Source: Eledone cirrhosa (taxonomy: Eukaryota). Taken from it: 64,000 bases of DNA. Below the pieces are notes generated by a model. It was not told where the DNA came from and did no database searches. It was given only the letters and a program-made list of their open reading frames with translations. Where the stretch lies: the NCBI GenBank assembly GCA_964016885.1, contig OZ024745.1:73036001-73100000 (forward strand), in the 5' to 3' direction. Shown here one piece after another: positions 13,568 to 26,694 of this stretch. The translations under genes and the position numbers were made by a program. Position 1 is the stretch's first letter; every line of letters begins with the position of its first letter.

Positions 13568-13829
13568 CGTGATAATAAAAGTGTAAATAGGTTTGGGCGA
13601 GATTAAAATCCGGGTAGCAATTATGCTTTGAGATAGCGTGCAGATAGTACAATCTTAGTTCATTTAGAATGTACAACATCCCGGCAAGTAGTCGGTGTTT
13701 ACACACATGAATAGCACACACTTATCAGGGCTGCATAAAAGTGAAACAAATATTGTGATTTAAGAAATACTAACGACATCCAATTCAGCTTTCTTCTATT
13801 TAGACCAGCACCATTACTTTTACAGGTTA
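13568..13829 (+). repeat. Local duplication (partner split into 14778-14916 and 15297-15419)
   Basis: Near-identical 'cgtgataataaaagtgtaaatagg...gtcggtgtt(t/g)acacac' and 'atgaatagcacacac...ttttacaggtta'. The partner carries about 380 bp extra between the two blocks. Confidence 0.85.
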
Positions 13830-14054
13830 CTTTAATAAGCGGGTGAATTGCAATAAGAGCGAGAGGGGAGGGAGGGTCAAAAATTAATAAGCAGAGGGAA
13901 CGATTATTCGAGACCCGAGAGTAACCTTTGGTGGGTCATATATGCTATTATTAGCAGTTTTTTTTAAAAGAGACAATTTTTTATTATTATTCATAGTTGT
14001 ATCAATAACATTACACATTGTTTATAATCCTTACAAAAGGAAAATATAAACACA

Positions 14055-14250
14055 TACGATTTCTAGTATAGGCACAAGGCCAGTAATATGAGGGAGGGGA
14101 AACTCGATTAAATTGACCCCAGTACGTTACTGGTGCTTTATTTTATCGACCCCGTAAGGATGAAATCAAAGTAACCTCGGCAGGATTTGAACTCAGGCCG
14201 TAAAGGGCCGTAACTCTATGCTTCAAAGCCGATACTGCCAATCCACCGCC
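14055..14250 (-). mobile_element. tRNA-derived SINE copy (family A, near full length)
   Basis: Head ggcggtggattggcagtatcgg (A-box-like), B-box, core and ggccttgtgcct..ctagaaa tail. Confidence 0.8.
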
Positions 14251-14934
14251 CTTAATAAACACATAATAAATACAATTAATTATTGCTGCGAACCTCAAAT
14301 AAAATGCACAAAAATATATGAACAAAGCAAAAGAAAAAGAAAGAAGAAAAGAAACAAATAAAAACAAACATCAATTCACCACAGATGAATTACTCAAGGG
14401 TTGGAGTTTCTTGCCGAGTTCTCTTTCATCATTAAAATTCTACTCCTAAAAAACTGGTCTACCAAATGCTAAGAGAAAGACCTTTGCTAAAAGGGACGCA
14501 GTGAGATCAAAACTCAAAACCGTGTGGTCACAAAAGCGAACTTTTTAGACCTTACAGTCATGCCTACACCTAAATGTCAGCGATAACAAAAGGAAGATGA
14601 AAACCAACATGTAAATAAATACCAGTCTCGGAATGAAATTATTCAATCGACCAAATCCCCTTCCCCACCAAACAACAAAAGTTGGCTTTGGGTATATCAA
14701 TGAAAATCTGTAATTGAAAATTATAGTCCGAGTATTTTTTTTACTCCAGTTCAAAGCTGGTATCAATTTTTCGCTTCCGTGATAATAAAAGTGTAAATAG
14801 GTTTGGGCGTGATTAAAATCCGGGTAGCACTTATGCTTTAGAATAGCGTGCAGATAGTACAATCTTAGTTCATTTAGAATGTACAACATCAGGACAAGTA
14901 GTCGGTGTTGACACACTGAGGAAGTAATATTATC

Positions 14935-15118
14935 TGGTGGATTGGCAGTATCGGTAGAGGGTCGGACGCCATGCTTTACAGCATAGTTACGTCCCTTTAC
15001 GATCTGAGTTCAAATCCCGCCGAGGTTGACTTTGCCTTTCATCCTTACGGGGTCGATAAAATAAAGTACCAGTAATACACTGGGTAATTGCTGGCCTTGT
15101 GCCTAAAGTAGAAACAAT
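14935..15118 (+). mobile_element. tRNA-derived SINE copy (family A, near full length)
   Basis: tggtggattggcagtatcggtagag...gagttcaaatcccgccgaggttgactttgcctttcatccttacggggtcgataaaataaagtaccag...ggccttgtgcctaaagtagaaac. Confidence 0.85.
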
Positions 15119-15899
15119 TATCTATACACATCACGTGAAAAACAGTTTCATACTAGTTATTTGTTTCTCTCAATTTTTACGTAATATCATTATTTAACCT
15201 CAGGTCAGCCCTGATAGACAGGCTTATGGTCTAAGGCATTCCAACCGTGACTATCCTATCTCATCAGCCAATGTGACCTTTAAAAGCGTTTGGTCTATGA
15301 ATAGCACACACTTATCAGGGCTGCATAAAAGTGAAACAAATATTGTGATTTAAGAAATACTAACGACATCCAATTCAGCTTTCTTCTATTTAGACCAACA
15401 CCATTACTTTTACAGGTTAATTTATATAACAAATTAATAAATATTGGAAAGGGGAGAGAGAAAAGGTAAGAAACGAAAAAGAAATATATTAAACAATTCA
15501 AATTACATAAATTTTACAGTTAATTAATTTGGATATAATAGGTATTTGATTGAAGGTATAATTACGAGGTTGTTATGTAAAGTTTGTAGCGTTTATGCAA
15601 CAAGTGGTCGCTGAGATGTGTCAAGTAGCAAGACGGAAGTTTAATCATATGAGATCAAGTGGAAAATACAGGTTAAATAAAGCGACAAGATCAGGTTAAA
15701 TCTACTAACTAATAAAATACTTCTAATTAAACGCGTATATATCACTAATCATTTGTTCACCTGATCATTTGTTTACCTGATCATTTTCCAATACGGAAAT
15801 AACAATTTCACCTCGCCCAGTCGCCCAGACGATAATTACAGAACAACGTAAACGATATTTAAGATACAATATTTCGTATTCGGAGGGAGGAGGGGTTAG

Positions 15900-17150
15900 G
15901 GTTTGGGCTGGACGTACCGCCTAATCAAGGATAGAGATGCTATTGCTGAGCCTCTCCTGTCCAGAAGTCACTGCTGCTGTGTCTACAGCTTGCTGTGTGC
16001 ACATGCCTATAGCTTCTCCTTTTCAACTGTGTCTCCAGTAACACCTTCCCGTGTTACCTCCTGTTTTTACAGAGTTTGCTGCAGGCACAACCGGGTACTC
16101 AGCGGTATAGTTGGGCTCATATAGCCTTGGTTGGTAACCAGCCTAGGAGCAGTAAAACTGTGACTCCAAACCCCTAGTGCTTCCGGGATAGGCTTTTGAG
16201 TTAGAAGCTAGAAGGATACTCTGATATAAAACCTGGCAGTCGGCTCAGACTGCTGAGCCACTGGAGAAAGACACTATGTCCTAAAGAGTGGGATTGGCTT
16301 GCACGCATTGACTCTCACTTAAAAACCACCGAACACAGGCGGGAAGTTATTGTTTAAAAGTCCCACAGCGATGAAGAAAGAGAAAACCGACAGGTACTAG
16401 ATGGACTGGAAGTCGCGCTCTCAACTCTGCATGTAGACGGCTCAGATGTTTGGATCGGTTGCCTGCTGAACGAAACAATGTCAGCATTCGGCAGCACTCT
16501 GGGCGACCAAGCAGCTCGCTAATGGGACAGCACTGCTAGCTCACCAAGGAGACGGACCTAGAAAGGTGGTCTAAAAAAGCTTGTCTCATCCTCACCTGGT
16601 TGGCTCACCATGGCAAATGGGCATCTCGTCACAGCCTGCCTTCATTGACCTGAAGATGGCATTTTATACAGTCAGTAGGGATGGACTGTGGAAGATCCTC
16701 AACAGACTTGGATGTCTACCAAAATTCCTGACCATGCTCCAGCGACTCCACACAGGACAGCAGGGACAAGCAAAGCACAATGGTGATCTCTCCAATCAAT
16801 TGCTCATCGAGAATTACGTGAAATATGGCTGTGTCCTTGCCCCAACCCTATTTGCACAAGGAGGAAGATCTCCAAGTAGTTGTTAGCTGCTTTGCTCGGG
16901 CAGCCTGACCATCAACCTCAAGAAAACTAAAGTCATATCCCAGAGGCTTTCAAATGAAGAGTACCACCCTCAACATATTAACATCGATGGTGACCCCTTC
17001 AGTGCAGTGGAGCACTTTACATGCTTGGGAATCGTCAATACCAACGACGCTATCTCAGGAAAGGACATTGACAACTGCACTGAAGAGGACAACAATTCTT
17101 CCCACTGATCTTTGCAAACGAAGAGCTCGGCATTCATTTCGTGTTCGTCT
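15900..17150 (+). mobile_element. Internally deleted RTE (BovB-like) LINE
   Basis: AFIDLKMAFYTVSRDGLWKILNRLGCLPKF..GCVLAPTLF and LTINLKKTKV. Preceded by a more GC-rich stretch resembling an RTE 5' UTR, with the endonuclease region missing. Confidence 0.75.
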
Positions 17151-17442
17151 AAATACTTGATTTTTGTTGAATATAATAATGAATTATTCCGAAGAAAAGT
17201 ATCTTTTATTTATATTTTTAACACAATGTTCCGCTTTTTTTAAATATCTATAATATAGTGTTTCTTATAAACTCTTATCAGTCGACAACGGAGTTATTTC
17301 AAACTGTATTTATTTTAATACAAAGCAATACACAGTTAAATTTAGTTAGAAAGTATATTTCATAGATTTATGACATTCTTAAATATTTTAAGTGTTAATT
17401 TATTAATAAGGAAATCATACGGAATAATAAAGTCAGACTCAC

Positions 17443-17530
17443 CTGTATATAGTATATATCTAATCAGCAACTTCAATGCAGCTACTAAGACGGTCTTACA
17501 CGACTGCAAGTACCCGAATGGGTCACATTA
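17443..17530 (-). other. Possible 5' non-coding exon of the minus-strand host gene
   Basis: Perfect donor CAG|GTGAGT (actcac at 17437-17442) in apparently unique sequence. The 5' boundary is unknown. Confidence 0.3.
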
Positions 17531-17924
17531 AACAAATCGTCTCATTGCTCCTTGTATGACAAGAAGAGACGGTGACAGGCCTTGTGACTATTTAAAATTA
17601 GGTTAAATCACTATATTTTATAACAATTAAATATCTACACTTCATGGAATACCATTCACGTTGTTTTTTTTTACGTAACTGGAAGAAAAATATATCATGA
17701 TTTCGTTTCTTTTTTAAATAGTTCAATAGTTTTTGTTTTTTTATGTAGTTTTATTTTGCATTAGTCTTTTATAACTTTGTAAAGTTTGCTTTTAACCATA
17801 GGGGGATAAATAAAATAGAACGTAGTGAATGAATAATTTTTCAAACGGTACTGTAAAGGAAGCGGACCCTTCAATGATGACTTGCTTTCAGTAGAAAAAA
17901 ACGACATATTCATTACACTTTTAG

Positions 17925-18120
17925 TCGTCATCGTCTTCTTCTTCTTGTGAGGGTCGTGGGGACAGGCTCCTCAAACTCTCTTTCCTGTGGGCCCTGTTAG
18001 AAGCAACCGTTTCCGACTGATGCCCAAATGAGACCACCCAAGATCAAGCATGTTATCCAACCATCTTGCTTGGGGTCTACCCCTGGGTCTCTTGCTGGTT
18101 GGATTTGTCCAGCAATTCTT
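17925..18120 (-). mobile_element. RTE LINE 3' end
   Basis: Minus strand encodes KRPRGRPQARWLD and ends in a (GAA)n/(GAC)n tail. Confidence 0.65.
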
Positions 18121-19235
18121 TCCTAATTTTCAGTTAAACACAAAATCTGCCTCCATTGGGTCACATGGTTACTTCTGCAACTTAATATTTTATACTGTGT
18201 ATCTATTCATCTCCTCATACTTTATTGCAAGCTATACTCACTCTTAACACTGCAAACTAATGAACCACCAATTTTCTCTGCTTATACAAACGTGGTTCTT
18301 ACTACTAGGTAGTGAACCAATGACTGTTAAATCTTTTGGCACAATTGATCGAGGTAGCAACTGTCACCCCTTTGATTGGTAGTTCAACATTCTAACGACT
18401 CAACCAACCAGCCGTGACCTTTAACATAACAAATTAAAGTAACATGGCAGAAGGCTAATCCATTCAGAAGGAGCCCTCATACTAAAAATGAGAATGTCTT
18501 CATAGTCCTTGTTTTTTACTTCCTTGCTCCTACTTTCCTATACTTTACCCCCTCCCCCCCTCCGCCCTCTGTTTGTTGCTTGGTTTCCTTTTTATCCTTT
18601 TTTCTTTCATATTTCCATCAATTTCCAGCAATACTATTTATACAAATGTGAATTGATTTATTGTTTGTAATTCTATTAAATTATAAAATAAAATTTCTCA
18701 GATAAATTTAGAAATAAATTCCTTTTCAAATGTAAAACCATGAAACAAGTACATAAAATATACAATAGGAACCAATAGGAACAAACAGATGCAAATTACA
18801 GAATACATAGGATTATAGAGAATTGTTCCTTGTACCCTTGTATGAACATTTTAGAAATTAGAAATTATGAAATTATATATGTAACCATGCCCATAAAATG
18901 TAGAATAATACTTAAGACAAGGGTTTCTAATTTAGACAATATACTCCTTAAAAAACAAAAAGATAATACAGAAACTTTAATTTAATTGAAACCAAAACAT
19001 AAATCATTACAGCTGTATCTATGTAATAAACCCTTATTTACTTCCTTTCAAAATATGTTTTCAACCTTATCACCTATAAACTAAACCAGAACTGGATTGA
19101 AGAGTTTCTACTACATTAACATAAGTTAATATAAAATTGTAAAACAAAACAAAAAAACATAAAATCAATCCATTGTATTGTATATATTATATGTATTATA
19201 TATATATTATAGCATTATATGTATTATATATATTA

Positions 19236-20641
19236 TTAGCTGAATTACCTGGCATTACCCGGGTTACTGCTGTTCTTATTCAGATTAGGAAACAATAAAT
19301 ATGAAGATATGTTTTTTTTTCTCATAATTATTTCAAAATATCTATATTTTATTTTATTTTAAATATCAAAATTGTAATAATAGAATTTAGAAATGAAAGT
19401 CTGTCAATCTTGAAGCACCTTAGAGCAAACAATATTCATTGTGTAATTTTTTGTTGGTGTCCAAATGATAAATTGTTGCTACACACTCACACACATACAC
19501 TCTTACATACATATACTAAGACAGACACACACAAAAATACATTCACACAGACACACACACAGCTTTCATTTCATTTATTTGTTTATCACTTGCTACATAT
19601 GTACATATATATGTAGATGTGTGTGTGTATATAATAACGTACCTAATGAATGCACGCACTCTCACAGACACATACATCTTCATATACAAAATGTGACGTT
19701 GTGTTGTTTTCTACTGTTTTAATCCAAATGAAAATAAAAATGATCACACATACTCACACACACATATACTATCACGCTCACACACACTATTACACTCACA
19801 CATACACTCCCACACATACACTATCACACTCACACACACTATCACACTCACACACACACTCACATACACTCACATACATATACTAAGACAAACACACACA
19901 GACATACATTCACGCACACCTCTCTGTCATCACATATCTATCTGTGCGTGTTTAATTGTGTGTGTGAAGATAATGTGTATGCAATTTACTAAGGTTACAT
20001 GTATGTGTAGATGTATGTGTGTTTAATTCTCTGAGGCCTAACGTACATAACAAACTCACGAACACAAATACTCACAGACACATACACACTCATATACAAA
20101 ATGTGTCATCGTCGTCGTCGTTTACTATAGTTGTCTAAAGAAAATATTGTTATGTCAGTCAACACACATACACTCACACACACATTCACTCTCACATATA
20201 TTCTCACACACATACACTCTAACATACATTCACATACATATACTAAGACAGACACATGCCCATACAAAATGTGACATCTACACTCTCACATACACTCACA
20301 CACATGTGTATGTATGTGTAGTTGTGTGTGTTTAATTCTCTGAGGCCTAACGTACATAGCGATGCACAACACACACACACCCTCACAAACACATACACAC
20401 TCATATACAAAATGTGACGTCATCATTGTCGTGGTGGTGGTATAAAATGTCCTTTACTATAGTTGATACTATATAAAGATTATTTTAGATAAAATGTTAT
20501 ATTGTTTTACTCCAAATGAAAATAAAAACTACATGTTGACACTCCCGGGATCTAATTACCTTGTAAAATTTGATTTGATTTGGTCGAGCCGTTAGAGAAT
20601 GCAAAGGAACAGACAGACAAAGAATTTTATATAGAGAGAGA
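19236..20641 (-). mobile_element. Non-autonomous Helitron-like element
   Basis: Minus strand starts A|TCTCTCTCTATATAAAA (20641) and ends with hairpin cccgggtaatgccagg..CTAA|T (degenerate CTAG). The interior is CA-rich. Confidence 0.55.
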
Positions 20642-22310
20642 TAGTATTATATATATTATATCTATTATATGTATTATATATATTGTACTAGAAGAGATAC
20701 CCAATATAGTTTGCCATATATTACAAAATATTTGACCAATGAAATATGATTGCTGAATTTTAATTTAATTAGGAATTATAGCAGAATATTCATTGTCACT
20801 GTTCAAAGCAAATAATTTAGATAAAAATATTAGTTTTGTCCAGTGCTGTTATTTTGAATACCACTCCCTTTTACAGTCAGCTTCACCCATAGATCAATAA
20901 TTATTGGGGAGATCCGTTTTTTATTGGGGGGGGGTCCGTTTTTTATTTGGGGGGATCCGTTTTTTTTTTTTGAGGAGGTCCGTTTTTTATTGGGGGGGGA
21001 GCGTTTTTTATTTGGGGGGGGGGAGACCGTTTTTTACTTTTGGGGGACCGTTTTTTATTTGGAGGGGTCCGTTTTTATTTGGAGTCTGTTTTTTATTTTT
21101 GGGGGGTCAGTTTTTTTATTTGGGGAGTGTCCGTTTTTTATTTGGGGGAGGTCCGTTTTTTATTTGGAGGTCCGTTTTTTATTTGGGGGTCCGTTTTTAT
21201 TTGGGGGTCCGTTTTTTATTTGAGGGGTCCTTTATATTTGGGAGGCGATCCGTTTTTTTATTTGTGGGGGTGTTTTTTCATGTGTATGTATGTGTAGTTG
21301 TGTGTGTTTAATTCTCTGAGGCCTAACGTACATAGCGATGCACAACACACACACACCCTCACAAACACATACACACTCATATACAAAATGTGACGTCATC
21401 GTTGTCGTGGTGGTGGTATAAAATGTCCTTTACTATAGTTGATACTATATAAAGATTATTTTAGATAAAATGTTATATTGTTTTACTCCAAATGAAAATA
21501 AAAACTACATGTTGACACTCCCGGGATCTAATTACCTTGTAAAATTTGATTTGATTTGGTCGAGCCGTTAGAGAATGCAAAGGAACAGACAGACAAAGAA
21601 TTTTATATAGAGAGAGATAGTATTATATATATTATATCTATTATATGTATTATATATATTGTACTAGAAGAGATACCCAATAATGCCCGGGTAATTTATG
21701 AAAGTAAAAATATAGTTTGCCATATATTACAAAATATTTGACCAATGAAATATGATTGCTGAATTTTAATTTAATTAGGAATTATAGCAGAATATTCATT
21801 GTCACTGTTCAAAGCAAATAATTTAGATAAAAATATTAGTTTTGTCCAGTGCTGTTATTTTGAATACCACTCCCTTTTACAGTCAGCTTCACCCATAGAT
21901 CAATCATTATTGGGGAGATCCGTTTTTTATTGGGGGGGGGGTCCGTATTTTATTTGGGGGGATCCGTTTTTTTTATTTGAGGAGGTCCGTTTTTTATTGG
22001 GGGGGGGGGGGGGGGGGGGCGTTTTTTATTTGGGGGGGGGGAGACCGTTTTTTACTTTTGGGGGTCCGTTTTTTATTTGGAGGGGTCCGTTTTTATTTGG
22101 GGGTCTGTATTTTATTTGGGTGATCCGTTTTTTATTTGGAGTCTGTTTTTTATTTTTGGGGGGTCAGTTTTTTTATTTGGGGGAGGTCCGTTTTTTATTT
22201 GGGGGTCCGTTTTTTTATTTGGGGGTCCGTTTTTATTTGGGGGTCCGTTTTTTATTTGAGGGGTCCTTTATATTTGGAAGGCGATCCGTTTTTTTATTTG
22301 TGGGGGTCCA
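20303..22310. repeat. Tandem duplication of about 1 kb (20303-21278 / 21279-22310)
   Basis: Both units start catgtgtatgtatgtgtagttg and are near-identical through the Helitron ends and G/T minisatellite. The first unit lacks about 25 bp at 20705. Confidence 0.9.
20905..21270. repeat. Minisatellite, about 19-20 bp unit GGGGGTCCGTTTTTTATTT
   Basis: Direct reading. Confidence 0.9.
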
Positions 22311-22770
22311 TTTTTTTTATTTGGGGGAGGGGTCCGTTTTTTATTTGGGCGGGATCCGTTTTTTTATTAAGGGAGGGTTCGTTTTTTACCCACAATAATT
22401 ATTTTGCCCACCATTTTACCCACAATAATTATTTAGCCTACCATTTTACCCACAATAATCATTTTACCCACAAGTTTACCCACAATAATCATTTTACCCA
22501 CAAAATTACCCACAATAATTATTTTACCCACAATAATCATTTTACCCACAACATTATCCACAATACTTATTTTGCTACCACTACCCACAATAATCATTTT
22601 ATCCACCAACTTACCTACCACTTTACCCACAATAATTATTTTACTTACCATTTTACCCACAATAATTATTTTACCCACCCTTTTACCCACCTTTTATCCA
22701 CTATAATTATTTTACCCACCATTTTACCCACTAATCATTTTAGCCACCATATTACCCTCAATAATTATTT
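21910..22770. repeat. Two abutting minisatellites: GGGGGTCCGTTTTTTATTT (21910-22385) and ATTTTACCCACAATAAT(T/C) (22385-22770)
   Basis: Direct reading. They explain the spurious low-complexity ORFs here. Confidence 0.9.
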
Positions 22771-22789
22771 ATTATGTGTCCAGCGATTC

Positions 22790-23230
22790 TTTACTGAAAC
22801 ATTTTAACCACACGCTCATAGTATCGAAGTTGTGATCTCTCAATTCGGAGAAGTAGCAGCTCTACCAGGAGTGACTCTCTGTTCTCTGAACTATGCACTT
22901 TATTGAGTAACGTTACGCCAAAGACCCTTCGGAGGAATCCCATTTCTGCCACTTTTATTTGCAATTGTATTCTTTTGGTCATTACTCAAGATTCCTGATC
23001 CTCGGTAAGAGTTGGCAGGAAGACAGCGAGTTTGGCTTTTACACTTACCCCCCTTAATCTGATTGCTGAATGCTGAGGCTGGCGCATTACTGCATCCGCT
23101 TTTGCAATTCTTGGACTTAATTCAGCCTCCTGCATTCTATCGTTCATGAATACGGCTCCAAGATACTTGAACTTCTCTACCTGCTTCAGTAGAACTCCAT
23201 TCACATGTATATAAATTTGAGGGACTTCTG
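22790..23230 (-). mobile_element. RTE LINE fragment
   Basis: VNGVLLKQVEKFKYLG, AEMGFLRRV, IERSQLRY. Confidence 0.8.
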
Positions 23231-23399
23231 TCCACTCGTTCATCATGCAATGTGTATGTGTGTTTGTGTGAATGTATGTGTGTGTAAAAGGAAAGAAAGG
23301 GATACACAAATATATATATGTCTAATTTAAAAACAGTGACACACACGTGTCTCTAATTTAAGAACGCCGACAAACTCACGCGCGCGCACATACACACAC

Positions 23400-26110
23400 T
23401 GTCCTATTACCACTCAAGAGCTTTGGCCCGGGCAAACATCCCCTCAATTTTGGAACCGTCTGGGTTTTCCTGAATTGATGGGAAAAGACTTGACGGTCTT
23501 ACTCTGTGCTCCTGGTCAAGAGGCAGGTGCCTTACCTGGGACATCACATTTAGTGACTCTTTTGCTTCTTCCCACATTCTAGATGCAGGGGTAAGGGCAA
23601 GAGATACAGCATCCGCAGCTGAACGGAACAAAATCCTAAAATACCGTGTTCTGTCAGCTGGAACAGACATGACCTCATTGCCAGCGTATTCAGACTGAAA
23701 CTGGCTAAACTCATGGCTTTAATCAAAAAGGGTCAGGTATTTGGGGCTGTAAAATGTGACATGTTCACCGTCGAATGGCAAAAACGAGGGCTGCCACATG
23801 CTCACATTTTGATTTGGTTAGCTGATAAAATCAATTCAAATGCCATAGACAGCTTCATTTCGGCTGAAATCCCTAACCCAGCAACTGACCAGGAATTACA
23901 TGACATCGTCAAAGCTAACATGATCCGTGTGCGTCGGGTCCTAATGAGCATCACACGTGTCTGAAGGGGGGGGGGGGTCGTGCAGTAAGGGATACCAAAA
24001 AAAATTTGTTGACGAGATTCAGACTGGTAGCGACGGGTACCCCCTGTACACTGTACAGGCGGAGACGGCCCGAGAACGTTGGCTTCACCACAACAGTAAT
24101 GGGAGGTCAAGTCGACAATAGATGGGTGGTCCCTTACTGCCCGCTTCTCTTGACGATGTTCAACGCCACATCAACGTTGAGTTTTTCAACTCCGTCAAGT
24201 CGATAAAATACATATGCAAATATGTAAATAAGGGCTCTGATGCTGCAATGTTCGCATTTCAAGATGAAAATAGCAGGGACGAGGTCACAGAATACCTGGC
24301 GGGGCGGTACATCAGTAGCTATGAAGCTTTTTGGCGCCTATTTGGTTTACCCCTACACCAATGGCACCCCGCCATCGTACAGCTTGCGGTACATTTGGAA
24401 AATGGGCAAAGGGTTCAATTTACGGACCAAACCGCCGCCAAGTTGGTCGCCGATCCGAAAGAGACCACTCTGACGGGTTTCTTCAAACTTTGCCAGTTCG
24501 ATACATTTGCGCAAACAATTGTGTACCCCCAGGTTCCATCCTACTTTATTTGGTCGAAAAACACTTGGGTGCGAAGAAAGTCAGGTCAGGCTGTTTACAC
24601 ATCCTGGTGTAAAATTTGACACCTGTCTTGGAAGGGTTTACACTGTGCCCCCAAGTCAGCATGAGTACATTTATCTCCGCCTTCTTCTGCATGAAGTTGT
24701 AGGCCCACAAAGTTTTCAGGACCTCAAAACTGTTGATGGAGAAATATGTGATACGTACCGGGAAGCCTGCTTTAAGCGTGGTCTTTTGGAAGATGATTCG
24801 CAATGGGATTCCACTTTAGCAGAGGGTGCTTTGTTGAAATCACCTAAAAGTCTATGGGAACTCTTTGCCATTTTGCTTCAAAAGTGTGAATTGGGAGATC
24901 CCAAATCTTTATGGGTCAAGTACAGAGACTTCATGTCTGAGGACTTCCTGCACCTGGCTCATCTGCAGTATCCTTCAGTAGAAGTTGGTTACAGCGACAT
25001 TAACTACAACAGGGCACTCATTGGTATTGAGGACGCCCTCCTCGACATGGGTGGGAGTGAGTTGGCGACGTATGACTTGCCGTCAACCGTCAGAGAGGAA
25101 GCTAACACGTTGGCCCCGGATTTGTTGCGGGAAACAGCATATGACATCGAATCTCTTTCCCAATACTTAGAGGAAAATGAGCCCAAACTGCTGTCGGACC
25201 AAAGGTTGGCCTATTTAGCTATCATTGATGCGGTTCAAAATCAGACTGGGAGTATTTACTTTCTCGATGCTCCTGGGGGTACCGGAAAAATTTTTGTAAC
25301 GAAATTGATTTTCGCTAAGATTCGTCAGGAGAAAAAAATTGAGTTGGCCGTTGCATCGTCCGGGATCGCTGCTACTTTGCTGCCGAGAGGCAGGACAGCA
25401 CATTCAACCATTACACTCCCCTTGGATTTAGTAAAAACTGAGACACCAACATGCAATATCAGCAAGAGCTCACACGAAGCTCTGGTTCCCAAAAAATGTT
25501 GCCTCATTGTTTAGGATGAGTGCACGATGGGCACACAAGAGTGCCCTTGAGGCATTGGACAGGACCCTGAAAGACATTAGGGATTCTACGGCCCCTATGG
25601 GTGGCGTAACCCTTCTGCTATCAGGGGATTTTCGGCAAACGCTACCTGTCATCCCCAAAAGGACAAGAGCTGATGATGTGCGTGCCTGCCTTAAGTTGTC
25701 CATGTTGTGGCCCCAGGTGAAGAGTTTGTACCTGAGCACAAATATTCGTGCTCATTTGCATGGTGACAACATGTCTGCAGCATTTGCTCAGAACATTTTA
25801 GTCCTTGGTGAGGGCAAAGTCCCTGCGGATGACATGGACAGCATAGCAATCGACTCCCTGTGCAACATTGTGAGCAGCCCTTCTGACCTTTGGGAAGCAG
25901 TTTTTCCTTATGTTTCATCCAACTTTAAAAACCTCGATTGGCTCAGCGAAAGAGCCATCCTTGCTCCGAAAAATGCCATGGTTAATTTTATTAACGAGCA
26001 GCTGATTGAGAAGATTCCCGGTAAAGAGCACATCTTCAAATCTATCGACCGGACGTCAGACCCACCGGACGTCAGACCCCGACGATATCGTTAATTATCC
26101 GGTTGAGTTA
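23400..26110 (+). pseudogene. Helitron Rep/Helicase (HUH Rep + PIF1-like helicase) pseudogene
   Basis: VEWQKRGLPHAHIL (HUH), VDNRWVVPY, HINVE..SVKSIKYICKYVNKGSD, YLRLLL..V.GPQSF, FLDAPGGTGK, VASSGIAATLL..GRTAHS, GDFRQTLPVI, ERAILAPKN. Several frameshifts and truncated at both ends. Confidence 0.95.
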
Positions 26111-26694
26111 TCAGTTTGTGTTTGCGCGATTAGAGTTATATACTCATACATATAGATGTATGTATATGCACACTCATACGCGCCAGCGTGTAGAAAATCA
26201 TAATCTCTCTATCTCTCTCATCACACACTCTCTCTATATATATGGTAGTTGAAGTGGTAGTGATGGCGACGACATACTGGAAGTGCAACTTTGAAAAGAA
26301 GTCAATTTTAAATTATTTATTTTTACGAAATTATTTATGTTTACGAAATTTAGTACATAAATTATGTAATAGTCATTCATTATTTATTCAAAGTAATTGC
26401 TGGCCTTGTGCCAAAAGTAGAAACAATTATTTATTCAAAGTAATCCAACTTATTTTACTAACTGGATTAAAAGAAATAAACCGTACGCAGTCCCGCAGAC
26501 CTTCCTTTATTATAGTTTAGCTATATGCATATGGGTATGCGTGTGTGTACTTCTGTTGTCTGTGTATCCGTTTATGTATTTACGTGTTGATGTGTATGTA
26601 ACTTACGAATGTACGTTTTTTTTTTTTTTTTTTCTTAGCTGAATTTAAATAATTTTATTTCTCAGCTTAACCATCATCATAATATTAGAAATAA

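Noticed and set aside
14935-15020. tRNA genes
   Set aside because: The A/B-box-like motifs belong to SINE heads and no cloverleaf is evident.
14917-15296. Intron whose removal would make 13568-13829 a processed copy
   Set aside because: No GT..AG boundaries on either strand.
20904-22807. G/F-rich and THNN-repeat ORFs; CRISPR-like periodicity
   Set aside because: Minisatellite translations. The repeats have no unique spacers, no cas genes are present and the context is eukaryotic.
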